Shown here piece by piece: positions 26,044-39,500 of a DNA stretch of 64,000 nucleotides (position 1 is the stretch's first letter; every line of letters starts with the position of its first letter). The notes beneath the pieces are model-generated. The model was given only the letters and a program-made list of their open reading frames with translations. It had not been told where the DNA came from and did no database searches. A program made the translations under genes and the position numbers. This DNA is from Lama guanicoe (lineage: Eukaryota), in contig MU053934.1 of NCBI GenBank assembly GCA_013239625.1, forward strand, positions 7,210,399 through 7,274,398, read 5' to 3'.

Positions 26044-27289
26044 CTAAAGACAGAGAGAGAGACCACCACCAAGAAGACAGAGCGAGTGCATGCGAGCACC
26101 TAGACCTGAAATCTGTATCCTCAGGGCTTCACTGGACAAGCTGGCATGTCTAGTCATCTCAGGCAAAAAACTCAAGAAGTCCGTGATTGACACTGCTCAT
26201 CTGTACAATGGAACCCAATCTGTCCGGAGGTGGTGTGGATCTGTCTGGGAGCTGGCACAGTGCCAGCACGGGGTCTGCGATAATCAGTAGCTGCCAGAGT
26301 GCTGGTGACTCCGGGCCCGCCTCAGTCAAATCCGCCAGGCGCCGTCATGGAGGCATTCCCCTTCCCACGGCCTTGATGGACACTTGGACGACACAGCCTC
26401 CAACACACCACTGAGGCCTAGGAGAGGACTCATACAACACTGCATGGGAACACACAGGAGGGTCCAGAAGGGGAACATAGGGCTGACACCTCAGTGGGAA
26501 TTCATCAGCTGGAGAAGTAGGGAAGGGCATCTCAGGCAGAGAAACCTGCGTGGCAGTGAGAAGGCGGCATAAACCAGCGTAGCAGAGGGTCACACAGGTC
26601 CTGAGAGCAAGCCCTAGGAAGTGGTCGTGGCTTTTAAGGAAAGAGGAGAGAGAATTTACAAAGCGCAGGGCACCAATGGTTGCACCATCTGGTTGCCAGC
26701 CTGAGTTGCTTATTGTGCTGCAAGAAGAGTGACTTCTGCTCTGTCGCCTACCAGCAACAAAAAGTAGCACATCCTGAAAAGAGCCCATCACAAGAGGGCT
26801 AGGAAACCACTGACTAGACTCCACAGCCGTCAGAGCTCCAACAGGAAACAAACTGCTCAAATACTTCTCAAGCAGTGCTGTAAATTCGTGCTTTTGTAGT
26901 TAAAAAAAAAAAAAAGTTGCGCAAACCACAAAAGGATTTGGTTTTTAAGTATTTTGTACGTGCCTACACACTCAACTATGGTGTCACTTTGTCAAGACAC
27001 TATTCTATTTCATCCAAATGTACAAGCTAGCACCAAAGCACTTGTTCTAGAGGAAGGGTACAGAGCCAATGCTTGCCACGTAACAAACTGACAACTGAGT
27101 TCTAGCTTGACTGTGATTTCATTTTTAAAAAAGTTCCCATAGCATGAAGGACTGTCCAGTAATTTGGAGAAATGAACAGGGAACCCACTTATCCACAATC
27201 TAAAACTAATAAGCTAAAATCAACCATAAAATTAATAGCAAAAGTTTCCCTTAAACAGGGAAAGAAGAAGCAGGGTTTGAACTAGCTGT

Positions 27290-27450
27290 GGTAGCTGTAA
27301 TAGGTGTGAGTTTTAACTGCTCAGCCTCATTCTTCTTGTCTGTAAAATGAGGATAAACATGGCTGACCTACTTCAGGGGGAAGTAATGAGAAATTTAAAT
27401 AACACATTATATGTGAGTGCCTGCATATACGAGGCACTCAGCAAATGTTC
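27290..27450 (+). mobile_element. MIR SINE
   Basis: gcctcattcttcttgtctgtaaaatgaggataa...gcactcagcaaatgtt. Confidence 0.6.
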
Positions 27451-27737
27451 CTCTCTACCTGCTTGTCCCTAGTACAACTCTTTCTGGGCCCTGGATCTCA
27501 CTGGCCATGACCCACCCCAAAGGGCAGGTATCACTTAAGCAATCAGGACATTCAAACTCATTCCTTAGTTGTGCCACTAAAAATGCCAGGAACACAAAAC
27601 AAAACTCTGCAATGTTAATCCATATATATGTATGTATTTTTTGATGCTACCTGCCTAACAGACACTCCCAGTCACCAGATCACAAAGAATAGAAATTACG
27701 GACACTACCATGTGTGATAAAATGCCTAATGGCTACG

Positions 27738-28206
27738 CAGGTATCCTTCAGAGATCATGCAGGTTTGGTTCTAGACCACTGCAATAAAGTGAATACTGCA
27801 ATAAAGCAAGTCACGTGAATTTTTTGGTTTCCCAGTGCATATGAAAGCTATGTTTACGCTATACTGTAGTGAATTAAATGTGCAACAGCACTATGTGTAA
27901 AAAAACAACATACAGACCTTAATTTTAAATTCCTTTATTGCTAAAAAACACTAACCATTACCTTGAGCCTTCAGCAAATCATAATCGTCTTGCAAGAGAA
28001 GCATCAAAGATCAGTGACCACGGATCACCATGACAAATACAATAACAAAAACATCTGAAATTTTGGGAGCAAATGCTGTTGGAAAAATGGTGCTCATAAA
28101 CTTACTCAATGCAGGTTTGCAACAAACCTTCAATTTGTTAAAAAAAAAAAAAGAAAAGAAAGAAAAAAAGCAATATCAGTGAAGTGAAATAAAAAAGGTA
28201 TACCTG
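27738..28206 (+). mobile_element. Tigger2a/MER28-type TcMar-Tigger MITE
   Basis: Starts caggtatcctt...gcaggtttggttctagaccactgcaataaagtgaata and ends aggtatacctg-ta (terminal inverted repeats, TA on the right). Confidence 0.8.
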
Positions 28207-28924
28207 TATGTAATAAGTATTATCTGAGAAGTCTTGAGGAAAATGCCTGGGTTACCGTCTTAACTTCAATTGCAATTCTAAACACACACACACACACACA
28301 GAGGCAGAGTGCTCATCCTTCATTAAGTATTTGTCAGTTTAGCTGGCTCAAGAAATAGCCTGTGTTCTAAATTTTTCAACATTTTCAATAAAATACGTAA
28401 TTTACTCTGATAAACTCAGTAAAATGATATTAAGTCAAAACAATGGTATTTCATTCATTTTATGTACATTTTCCCCAAGATTCTGAAAACATTAACTTTC
28501 TGAGTGCCAGAAACCTTGCTAACAGCTGGAGGAGGGAGTGAAATATCAGTAAGAGCCGGCCCAGCAGTCCAGGAGCTCAGTCTAGCAGGAATGATAAGAC
28601 AAGGTCCCATCTGACTAGACTGACAGGAGGGAGGGAGGAGGCGGCGGCGGGAGGAAGGGCACTTTGGAAGAGGAAGGAGGAGGCCGGCTGCCCGCAGCCC
28701 CTGGGAGAGTATGAGATGATCCAACCAACGCAAGAATCAGGAGCTGCTCTGAGAGAAACACAGACTGAAAACAACACCCACATCCCAAGGGCACAGAAAG
28801 CTTTGTAGTAGCATTCTCAGGTCCAAAATGTCAACCACTTTAGATGATTTTAAAATGTATATTTAGGAGTGGGTGATTACCCAGGAAAAAAGCCTGAACA
28901 CTATGTACCAAAATGTGAAATCTT

Positions 28925-29200
28925 TTGATCAACAAAGTGTACTGAAGCCTTACAATGTGCCAGGCACTGGGTGAAGCACATGGGGCACAGGAGTGAACGA
29001 GAGTGAGAAAGTCCCTGCTGACACTGCAGGGCCAGAGGACTTAAAGACAGACCAGTAAGGAATGCAGCTGCAGGTGGTGTGGTGGGCTGGGAGAGCCATG
29101 AGGCCAGGTGGGGGACAGAGTATCAGGGGCTTACTGTGGACGGGATGGTGGTCAGCAAAGGTTTTCCTGAGAAAGAGACATTTGAGCAAATACTTGAATA
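28925..29200 (-). mobile_element. LINE-2 3' fragment
   Basis: caacaaagtgtactga...tgtgccaggcactgg...ggtggtcagcaaaggttttcctgagaaagagacatttgagc. Confidence 0.6.
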
Positions 29201-29829
29201 AATGTTAACATTTATTTACCCTCTCTGGATGGTAGAATATGTGAGGTTGGTTTTTCTTTTTGCATATCTGTATTTCTTCATTTTTCTGCCCTAACAATAT
29301 ATTAGTTGAGTCACTTTTGAAAACCTAAAAGGAAAATAAGGCAGCACCTGGGCACTTTCTGTAACTTCCATAAACATGAAAGATTTCCATTTAGGGAATC
29401 TATGTCCCTTATCTTTACGTCACTGCTAACTGGCCTGCATATCACTTTCATTCACTCAGTACCAGTGTCCACACATCTCCCAGCCCTGTCCACAGGGCCT
29501 GGGCTCTGCCTTCTCTTCTCTATGCACATTTGTCTCCTGCATGACTTGAAACACCACCCCCACCCCCAACTTTGCTTCTCCAGCACCAGCTCCCTCTCTT
29601 ACCTGCTCATCTTACCTCTACCCTGAGCTCGGACTCCTGCAGAGAGCCCTAAGAAGGCTCTCGGATGCACCGTCCCAATCCCACCCCTGCCCCTCCATCC
29701 CTACCCAGATCCCTGACTCCTTTCTTCACAGCCCACATTCCATCAGCTTCACCCTGAAGCAGAGCTAAAAAGCAGCACCTCCCTCCAACTCTGCCTCAGC
29801 TACTCTGGTTCACGCCACCAAACTGGAAA

Positions 29830-30325
29830 CATGTCAACAGCTGCCTGTCACACTCATCTACATTTCCTACCCTGACCTACAAGGTGTTGTGTGACCTGGC
29901 CACAGCTTCCAGCTCCAGTCCTAGCCCCTGACTCTTCCAGTCACAGTGACCTTCCTTTGGGTCTCCAAATGTACCAGGCTTGCGCTACCTTTGGCCCTGC
30001 TTCCCCTCTGCCAGAAACACCCTTCCTCCAGGATCTGCGGGTTTTGCTGCCTCACATCATCAGATATCTGCTTACACATCACTTTCTTCTAAAGAAAGCC
30101 TTCCCTAACCTGTCCCCATTCCTCTGACACGTCAGCCCCTAACTCCGCTTTATCTTCTTAGTAACACTCAGCCCCACGTGACATACTGTATATTTATATA
30201 CCACCTCTCTCCGCCTCACAAGAATGCAAGCTCCTGAAGAACAGGGACTCTGTCTTGTTCACTTCTACGCCCCAGCACTGAGGCGTAACAGGTGCACTAT
30301 AAACACACCTGCAATGAGTGAGTTC
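29830..30325 (+). mobile_element. LINE-2 (L2a-like) 3' end
   Basis: agaatgcaagctcctgaagaacagggactctgtcttgttcact...cccagcact...aatgagtga. Confidence 0.7.
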
Positions 30326-30544
30326 AAGGAGTATGCTAGCCTCGGGCGCAAACACAGTATGACAGAATAGACCTGTGTTTTCAGCAGCAAGGCCAACCAG
30401 GTATCTTAATGACCTTCCCACTGAAAACATTTAAAAGCTGAGTAAAGTATCACTGCATCTGTCCAGAATGACAGCTCTTAGCTATGATTTTAGAGCTGTC
30501 TGTTGAAATGTGGTGCTGGGGGCTCTAGGAGACCACTGTAACTT

Positions 30545-30670
30545 TCACTGTATGGAGGAAGAAACCGAGACCCAGAGAGGTTAAATATCATGCCCAAAGC
30601 CACACAGCAAGTAAATGGTTAGTTTTGAAATTAAGTCTATCTGTCCCCACAGCTTAACCATGATGCCTGC
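30545..30670 (-). mobile_element. MIR SINE
   Basis: gaagaaaccgagacccagagaggttaaatatcatgcccaaagccacacagcaagtaaatgg. Confidence 0.7.
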
Positions 30671-31094
30671 CACAGTGATGGAGAAACGACAGTGATATCA
30701 CAGGACAAGCACCATCTGAGCTCTCCCAGAGGCCAGTATGTCTGTGTGATCACAAGGACTGGAGCATAAGGAGAGGGAGAGAGCAACCTGAAGGAGCTGG
30801 GACGGTGGGGGTGGGGGGGCACCTGGGGCAAGGTCTGCAGTGGCAGGAACGCTCAGACGGAGCACAGAACAGCATGTACGAAGGTAAACAGGTATGAGAG
30901 TTGAGAATGGGCCAGGCAGAGTGCAGAAAAGGGAGCAGCTGAGTAAGAGGCAAGATAGGTGCCACCAGGCCAGGGGCTCTGAAGGTCACACTAGGAATTT
31001 ATCTGGAAATTTATGGGGAGGGACCTGGTCAACAGCCTGAGAAAGAAAGTTCCCTTGGACAGAGAGCAGGGAACAGACCATCAGTCCTGTGGAC

Positions 31095-31230
31095 CTGGGC
31101 CGTCCAATGCAGCAGCCACTAGTACTGAGTGCTTGAAATGCAGCTAGCAAAACTGGGGAATTGATTTTTTTTATTGTATTTATTTTTAATTCATTTTAAA
31201 TGTAAACAGCCACATATGGTTACTGACTAG
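31095..31230. mobile_element. hAT-Charlie MITE fragment (MER3/MER33-like)
   Basis: gtccaat...agccactag...tactgagtgcttgaaatgcagctag...ttttaaatgtaaacagccacatatggtta. Confidence 0.55.
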
Positions 31231-33388
31231 GAAAAGAGGAAAGTGGAGAGTCAAGAGGAAGAACAAGCAGGATGCAGCACCCTGTGAACGGAGGGTGAAG
31301 GGAGAACGAGCACTAAAAGTTCCTAATCTCGGGGGCAAGGGAGGTGGTCATGCCACAAAGAGAAGCAGAAAATTCAGAAGAAACGACTGGCTTAGAATGG
31401 AAAATAACTGGTCTGGACCTCGTAAATGTGGGGTTTCCGACGCACATCCACATATATTACCATCCAGCCGTATCAAACTCCCCAATATGGCACATTCTTC
31501 CTGACTTCCCTGCCTTTGCATATATTGTTCCCTCTGCCTCTCTTGTCTGCCTGACAAACTCCTCCTCTCTCCAAAACACACCACCGAACTGTGAAGTCTT
31601 CCCCGATCTCCCTCATTCTTCACAGCAGAATAAGAATAAGGTCCTTATAGTGGTGTAAGAAGACTTACCACCCTAGAAGTCTCCGTACCCTTCTGGACTG
31701 TAAGCTTCTCAGGGGCAAGAACTCAATGTCAAGCAACATGGATCCCAGGGCCTAGCACTGTGCCTGACACAAACTGAGTGGACGAGAAGCAGGAAAGCTG
31801 AATGCCTGTCGGGAAAAGGGAACAAATCAGCTGATCCAGCCAGCCAGCATCCAGGTGGACTGTCCCTCCAGGTGGTGGCCTAATGGGTGGCTAGGAATAA
31901 GCACAGAGCTCACTCAGGTGCCTGCACAGCCATCAGTGAAAGCAGTCAGGTGCCGGAACAATTACCGTTTACATATGCTTCACATCATTTTTCATCATTC
32001 CACTCATCCCAAATTCAACCTCTTCAAACTTAGCAGTCTAGTGGATGCACCTAAGAATAAACTTAATGCCTTAGAGTTCAACATTAAATATGCAATGATT
32101 TCTCCTCAAAAGTGAACCTGACGCTTCTCTGCATGGCCTTGTGGCTTTGCTGTGTAGCATTCTTCCTGCATGGGAAGGGTCAGATCTGACAGCTAAGTGA
32201 ACCTGAGCTGAACACCCGCAGAGGTGGTAAATTAACAAAATGTTTCTGTTTTCCAAGTCAACAGATATTTGGTCATCAGTCCACTGTGCTATTTTTCCTT
32301 TATGTGTCAGCACATACCAGAAAAGAACCATAAATAGATCACTTCATTGTCCCCAAATTGCCCTGCGCTTCATTTATTTTGCCAAATAAGCACTCGGGAA
32401 TCAAAGAGAGAATTCCAAATTGGTAAGTTCAACATTTTAGCCCTGTTAATTCCATCAACAACATCTTGTCAATTAAGCATTTTCCAGCAAAATCATTCTC
32501 CCTTGATCTCCATCAAGGACTCCCCTGCAGAACAAATCCCGGTGGGAAACAAGACTGAGTATGAAATTTGTAGCACAGGCTTCATGTTAACAAAAAGAAA
32601 ATTTAAATCCCGTACTATTCTGATGGCCTTTGGCATACATTTCAAATTCAAAACACTTACTGTTAGATTCTTTAAGTTATCCAAAAACAGAATATTATGT
32701 TTCATGAGTCTATACAGAGATTCATGTCTTATGATTCATGTATGACAGTCTAATGAGAAAAAAAATACTAGGCCAGATTCCCAGGGCTGGAGGAGATGCT
32801 GAATAGACACCTAGTCTGTCACTTGGCATCAAGGCAGAGCTGTGAGGTGCAAATGCATTTACAGCAGCCTGGTGAAACATGACTACAGTGCCTTCAACCT
32901 CTATGGAAAGGGGGCCACTGTAACCCATTCAATCATACATTCACTCATTCAAATTAATGGCCCACAGTCTCCTTTGTTACTATCCACCCACCCACAACCA
33001 CTCCCCATATGCACACACAGAGTCCTCTCTACCTGCCTCTAGGGCCTAGGACCTACCTGGGCTACTGGGAGAAGTTTCTTCAAAGCCTTGGGGGAGGTTC
33101 TAAGGCCACCAGTAGAAGCTGGCCTGGAGAGAATCCCTGAGCAGACATGGAAGTGAAGAAGGCCCAGATGATCCCAAGAGCACACACTCTGAGACTTCTG
33201 GGCCAATGGCTGCCTCAGGGGCTGCCTTCAAACCCCTCCTCAGTCTACAGCAAAGCCAGCACCACATCCTCCTTCACATCTTTAAATTTCACAGGCAGAA
33301 TCAGAATTTACACTAATGCAGGCAGAATCTAGGGGCAAGGAGGAATGTCAAGTATTACTTATTGGCTGGGACAATTATATATTAATTA

Positions 33389-33485
33389 CGTGTGTGTGTA
33401 TATGTATATATGTGTGTGTGTATGTATGTGTATATATATGTGTGTGTGTGTGTACCCTAACCATATATATAATGTATATATATAT
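33389..33485. repeat. Compound (TG)/(TA) microsatellite
   Basis: Direct reading. Confidence 0.9.
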
Positions 33486-33965
33486 TAAGAAGGCCAATTA
33501 TATATTAAGAAAAGGAAGCCACTTAAAATATTCTATACTTAATATGTACTGAAAGTATAAGAGTACATATAAAATGCTAATTGGGGAACAAACATAACTA
33601 AATTGCAGGAGAAGTGAACTAAGCAGACTCCTCATCCTTTCTTTAACCCCCAGATGCCATCACCTGGCTCACCAACTGAAAGCAGCAGCTTCTCTGAGGA
33701 TAAGGACAAAAAGTGCCTGCCAGTGCACCAGGAGGGAAGACACAGTTCCGACCAAGCACATTAAAACATTGCTTATGTAACCTTCATTCCCAAGTTTTAT
33801 AAATTAACAAAGGTATAAAGTTATCGACCACAATTTCAAGTACAATTAAAACATTTATGAAAATGCCTATTTTCCTATAATGTATTTGTTTCAGAAATTC
33901 TTCAAGACATACACTCTAAATACTTCAGAAAATACAAATCAGTGCTATTCTATAAACCTCTCCAA

Positions 33966-36099
33966 CTATATATGACAAACCTACAGCCAGCATAGTTCTC
34001 AACGGTGAAAAACTCAAAAGCTTCCCACTAAAATCTGGGACAAGACAAGGATGACCACTATCACCACTCCTATTCAACATAGTCCTGGAAGTCCTAGCCA
34101 CAGCAGTCAGGCAAGAGAGAGAAATAAAAGGGATCCAAATTGGAAAAGAAGAGGTAAAAGTGTCATTATATGCTGATGAAATGTTACTATATATAGAAAA
34201 CCCTAAAAGGTCCACACAAAAGCTACTAGAGCTGATTGAACAATTCAGCAAGGTAGCAGGTTACAAAATTAATGTTCAAAAATCAGTTGCATTTCTTTAC
34301 ACTAACGATAAATCAACAGAAAAAGAAAGTAAAGAAACAATCCCCTTTAAAATAGCACCCAAAGTAATAAAATATCTGGGAATAAATCTAACCAAGGAGG
34401 TGAAAGAATTATACACAGAAAACTATAAACCATTGATGAAGGAAATTAAAGAAGACTTTAAAAAATGGAAAGATATTCCATGCTCTTGGATTGGAAGAAT
34501 CAATATTGTTAAAATGGTCACACTGCCCAAGGCAATCTACAGATTTAATGCAATCCCTATCCAATTACCCAGGACATATTTCACAGAACTAGAACAAATC
34601 ATAATAAAATTTATATGGAACCATCAAAGACCTAGAATTGCTAAAGCATTACTGAAGAGAAAGAAAGAGGCTGGAGGAATAACTCTCCCAGACTTCAGAC
34701 AATACTATAGAGCTACAGTCATCAAGACAGCATGGTATTGGTACCAAAACAGACATATAGACCAATGGAACAGAATAGAGAGCCCAGAAATGAACCCACA
34801 AACTTTTGGTCAACTCATCTTCGACAAAGGAGGCAAGAATATACAATGGAATAAAGACAGTCTCTTCAGCAAATGGTGTTGGGAAAACTGGACAGCAGCA
34901 TGTAAAACAATGAAGCTAGAACACACCCTTACACCATATACAAAAATCAACTCAAAATGGATTAAAGACTTAAACATAAGACAAGATACAATAAACCTCC
35001 TAGAGGAAAACATAGGCAAAACATTATCTGACATACATTTCAAAAATTTTCTCCTAGAAGAAATAAAAGCAAGAATAAACAAATGGGACCTAATGAAACT
35101 TACAAGCTTCTGCAGAGCAAAGGAAACCAGAAATAAAACAAGAAGAAAACCTACGGAATGGGAGAAAATTTTTGCAAGTGAAACCGACAAAGGCTTGATC
35201 TCCAAAATATATAAGCAGCTCATACGACTCAATAAGAAAAAAATAAACAACCCAATCCAAAAATGGGCAGAAGACCTAAACAAGCAATTCTCCAAGGAAG
35301 ACATACAAATGATCAAAAAGCACATGAAAAAATGTTCAATATCACTAATTATCAGAGAAATGCAAATCAAAACTACAATGAGGTATCACCTCACACCAGT
35401 CAGAATGGCCGTCATTCAAAAATCCAAAAATGACAAATGCTGGAGAGGCTGTGGAGAAAGGGGAACCCTCCTACACTGCTGGTGGGAATGCAGTTTGGTG
35501 CAGCCACTATGGAAAACAGTGTGGAGATTCCTCAAAAGACTAGGAATAGACTTACCATATGACCCAGGAATCCCACTCCTGGGCTTGTATCCAGAAGGAA
35601 ATCTACTTCAGGATGACACCTGCACCCCAATGTTCATAGCAGCACTATTTACAATAGCCAAAACATGGAAACAGCCTAAATGTCCATCAACAGGTGACTG
35701 GATAAAGAAGAGGTGGTATATTTATACAATGGAATACTACTCAGCCATAAAAACCGACAACATAATGCCATTTGCAGCAACATGGATGCTCCTAGAGAAT
35801 GTCATTCTAAGTGAAGTAAGCCAGAAAGAGAAAGAAAAATACCATATGAGATCGCTCATATGTGGAATCTAAAAAACAAAAACAAACAAACAAACAAAAA
35901 CAAAGCATAAATACAGGACAGAAATAGACTCATGGACAGAGAATACAGACTTGTGGTTACCAGGGGGGTAGAGGGTGGGAAGGGATAGACTGGGATTTCA
36001 AAATTGTAGAATAGATAAACAAGATTACACTGTATAGCACAGGGAAATATACACAAAATGTTATGATAAATCACAGAGAAAAAAATGTGAAAAAAAAAA
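33966..36099 (+). mobile_element. Young, 5'-truncated camelid LINE-1 (~2.1 kb)
   Basis: Begins inside the RT domain ([17 protein letters not shown]), runs through the ORF2 stop and a 3' UTR with a G-rich tract, and ends in an A-run at ~36090-36099. Confidence 0.95.
34160..35872 (+). pseudogene. LINE-1 ORF2p C-terminal 570 aa (RT C-half plus CCHC domain), non-functional
   Basis: YADEM (RT YADD position), [49 protein letters not shown]; in-frame TGA at 34052 upstream; endonuclease domain absent. Confidence 0.95.
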
Positions 36100-36442
36100 T
36101 GAAAGTGCCCGACTATAATGACTTCAAGAGCCATTACAATTCTAAAGATCGTATCCCCACCTTTTTAATTATGGCACCACAGAAATAATAGAATTATGTG
36201 GCTGAGCAAAACAGAAGACTAACAATGTATAAAAAGAAAGAGGGGAGGAAAAAAAAAGGAAAGGGGGCTTATTTTCACTACTGGCATAAGTCTCAGACCT
36301 GCAAGACATGCTTCAGTTTGAAGCTATGATACCTCTTTATTATTTTCATAAACGCATTAAAGTTCACCTAGAATTAGGTAAGGTATTTTATTATGAAGAA
36401 GGAAGGGACTTGAGAGATACTCAGAATTATAAGAGTAAGGAC

Positions 36443-36594
36443 GAAAACTAAACACAGAAAACAAATTCATAGATACAATGTGAAAGAGATTGATGGTTGC
36501 AAGAGACTGGGGGCTGGGGCGTGGAAGAAATGGGTGAATTTTTTAATTTTGTTCTAGTTTAAATAAATGAAATTTAAAAACAAACAAACAAAAA
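36443..36594 (+). mobile_element. ~150-bp retroposed L1 3'-UTR fragment with TSD
   Basis: attcatagatac...gattgatggttgcaagagactggggg...gaaatgggtgaa, AATAAA and an A-rich tail; 12-bp TSD aagagtaaggac at 36431-36442 and 36595-36606. Confidence 0.8.
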
Positions 36595-39500
36595 AAGAGT
36601 AAGGACAAAACCTGATTAAGGTCTGAGAGAAATATTATATCTTGGGGGGATTTCTAGAAAATAGGAAACATGCAAACCTTAAAGTGTTAGAAATACACAC
36701 ACCTCACTAGGTAACAACCTAACAAGAAAATATACTTCTCTATGTGGCACAGACTGTACCAGCATGGCGCTTTCTGGAGAACAGAAAGAGGACACTGCCT
36801 TTCTAATGTTCACAGCAATAGGTAATCTAATTCACAGATTTACTTAGTGATGAGTCACTCAGGTATCAGTATTTTTTTAAAAAATCTTCAAATTAGAAAC
36901 GCAGTACTGCATAAGTAAAGGGAAAGGAGAAGGGGCCACAATTTTTAAATTTCAGAATATGCCTTCTAAGATAAGAAACAATTAAACATGTATGTAAAGC
37001 TGCTCCATTATTGAAACAAAAGAACTTTTACATTTTGCTATCCAACAAAAGTGAAAACAAAGTGTCCAGTGACAGCAGTCAGATGGGGAAGAGGGCACAG
37101 ACAGGGTCCAGCTGAGAAGAGAAATAAGAAAGTACAGACTGAGGAGGGAGACTGGAGAGAGCCTGGAGCAAGCCACATGCTAATTCTGGGCTTCTGGAAG
37201 AGACGATCATGAAACAGCAATTACAGTCAACTAGAAAAGCTACTTTGTTCATTTGCTCTCACAAGTCCCAGTTATATGTTTGTAGATTAGATTTGGCTGT
37301 TAAGAAAGGAAATGGCAGCATGTGATAAACATAATGCCTGACAGCAGGAGGAAAAAAATCCAACCCTCTATTAACAGTTAACTAAAGTAATTTGTTTAGC
37401 GACACAGTAAGAAAAAAATCCAGCCAGAGGTATGCAAGCTAGTCTAAAATATGCCAAAGTTTTAAATTTATTCCATTTATTTTGAAATGAAGCATGCACA
37501 TATGTCCTAAAACTAGAAATTATAAAATATAGACCTTCATTTGTTTAGGTCAAAATCTATTCACCAAGAAAATGCAAACATTTACCCTGACATTTTCTCA
37601 AAGCATTTTGGATAAAACACTCCACACAATTCAGTTGATACTGAACGGGCGGAACATTTCTGTCAAGAAGCTCTAAAACTAGGTGTGCTTAAAAGGAGAG
37701 ATTTCTGTTAAATCAATCACACCAAGGGAAAAAAAGAATCAATGAAAATTCTACTTTCAAAAGCTTTCCCTTAAAGGAAATAAAGGTTCTAAGTAGTACA
37801 CTCACGTTTTTCTGTCTAAGGTCGGCTTCAACTGCCTAACTTTGCAGATCAGCTTCAGTACCTGCCTCCTTCCGACCCAGCTGGTATGTCTGACCTCCAG
37901 CTCCCAGCCGAATTCTCCCAGCACATTTCATCATTTCCTGTTGGCTGCAGACTCCTTGAAGCCTAGATAAGGCCATTCCCCTCCACTGCTGCATTCACCC
38001 CCACAGGCACCAGGTTCTCAGAACGCCGCTGTGAGCCTGCTGGGACCATCACAGAAGAGCTTTCTTTTCATAAAGTAGCCAAACAGAAATCTCAGTATTC
38101 CAAAGAAAATCAGAGAGATGAATGAGGTCTGAGAACAAAAGTCATATCACCACTCACCTAAAATCAACCTGTATATAAACTAACTTAACACTCTATGTGA
38201 TAGTCTTAGAATCTCTTCTTGTATTTGGAGTCCTTCCACTTAGCAGGAAAAAAAGGCATGCTCTATATCTAAGAAGCAGGCACCAAAGGAGTTAATGTGA
38301 CAGGGACTTTCCTGCACATGTAAAACTCAACTTCTCTCTGTGACCACACACTACGGCAAAGCAGCTTGACTGGGAGCTGCAGGGGAGCCAGATGCAGGCT
38401 GGTGCTGGAGATAGGCAGGGGACCCCCGGGGCTCTCGGGAGCATGACTGCCTCCTAAGAACTAGGGCACTCAAACATGCAAATGTGATCCTCTAGGAGTA
38501 AAAACCAAACACAAAAACATCTTGTTTCCTAGAGTTTTACAAAGAATTGAAAGTGAAGGAAAAAAACAGAATGAACGTTAGGTGAGAAGGAAGAATCCTA
38601 TCTCCTCATTTTAAAATGTATGTGCCCACAAGAACAGACTGTGTAGTTCTTGTTAGATAAAGAGGAGACACCACTCCGCTGTGCTGCCTGAGGCCAGGCC
38701 AGGGCAGTGCGGAAAGGGTCCGGGCAGAAAGGGGTTACCAGGAACGCTTCTGAGCAGTGCTGTTTCTTGAGCAGTTATGGGTGTGCTGCCTTTGTGAAAA
38801 TTCACTGGTATACATACTTATAATATGTGCACTTTTATGTGTATACATATATATATACACACAAATATATATATATATATATATTTATGCCTGACTAAGA
38901 AGTGTTTTAAAGACATATTAAACAGTATCAAAAAATAAAAACACTACAAGAAAGAGCAGGTACTGAAACTAATCTGCAAGAACAAGTATTTCAAGGGCTC
39001 AGATTCCCCAAAGTACTCCCTCAGAAAATACACAATTGCCAGAAGAATATACTGCAAGGGGAAATTATGCTAAGTGGATATACATCCTTTACCAGTGGTC
39101 TTGCTACCCATTTTCAAAAATATTAAGTTAAAAACAGCCATCTACTCTCACCTCACAACACAAAACAGAATAGGTTAAAAATCTTTCCAACATCTTATGT
39201 TTAGAAATTCCTTAATGGAAAACACCAACAAAGCAAAGACCATAGCAAAAAAATCCCCAATTATTTGACATATGATAATAACTCATACCACTTGGGAAAT
39301 TATTATACCATCTTCCCTTCATCCCCCATGTACCAAAAAACCCAGGGAAGTCAACCCAATGCAGACTTCACTGTACTTCACAGCCAGCTTGGTTAAGTCA
39401 ATGACACCCTTCCAGAGGTGCACACACCAGAGTACCAGGCTGGCCACTCTCGGCAAGCAGCATTCTCTGCTATGCAGTGAGGCCAGCTGCTTCATCTCAG

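Noticed and set aside
34160..35872. 570-aa ORF as a novel reverse-transcriptase gene or retron-like system
   Set aside because: It is ordinary LINE-1 ORF2p: 5'-truncated, no endonuclease domain, an upstream stop and a mutated catalytic motif.
38158..38168. 11-nt microexon or recursive site (tatacag|GTTGATTTTAG|gtgagt, minus strand)
   Set aside because: The donor is good but there is no real polypyrimidine tract.
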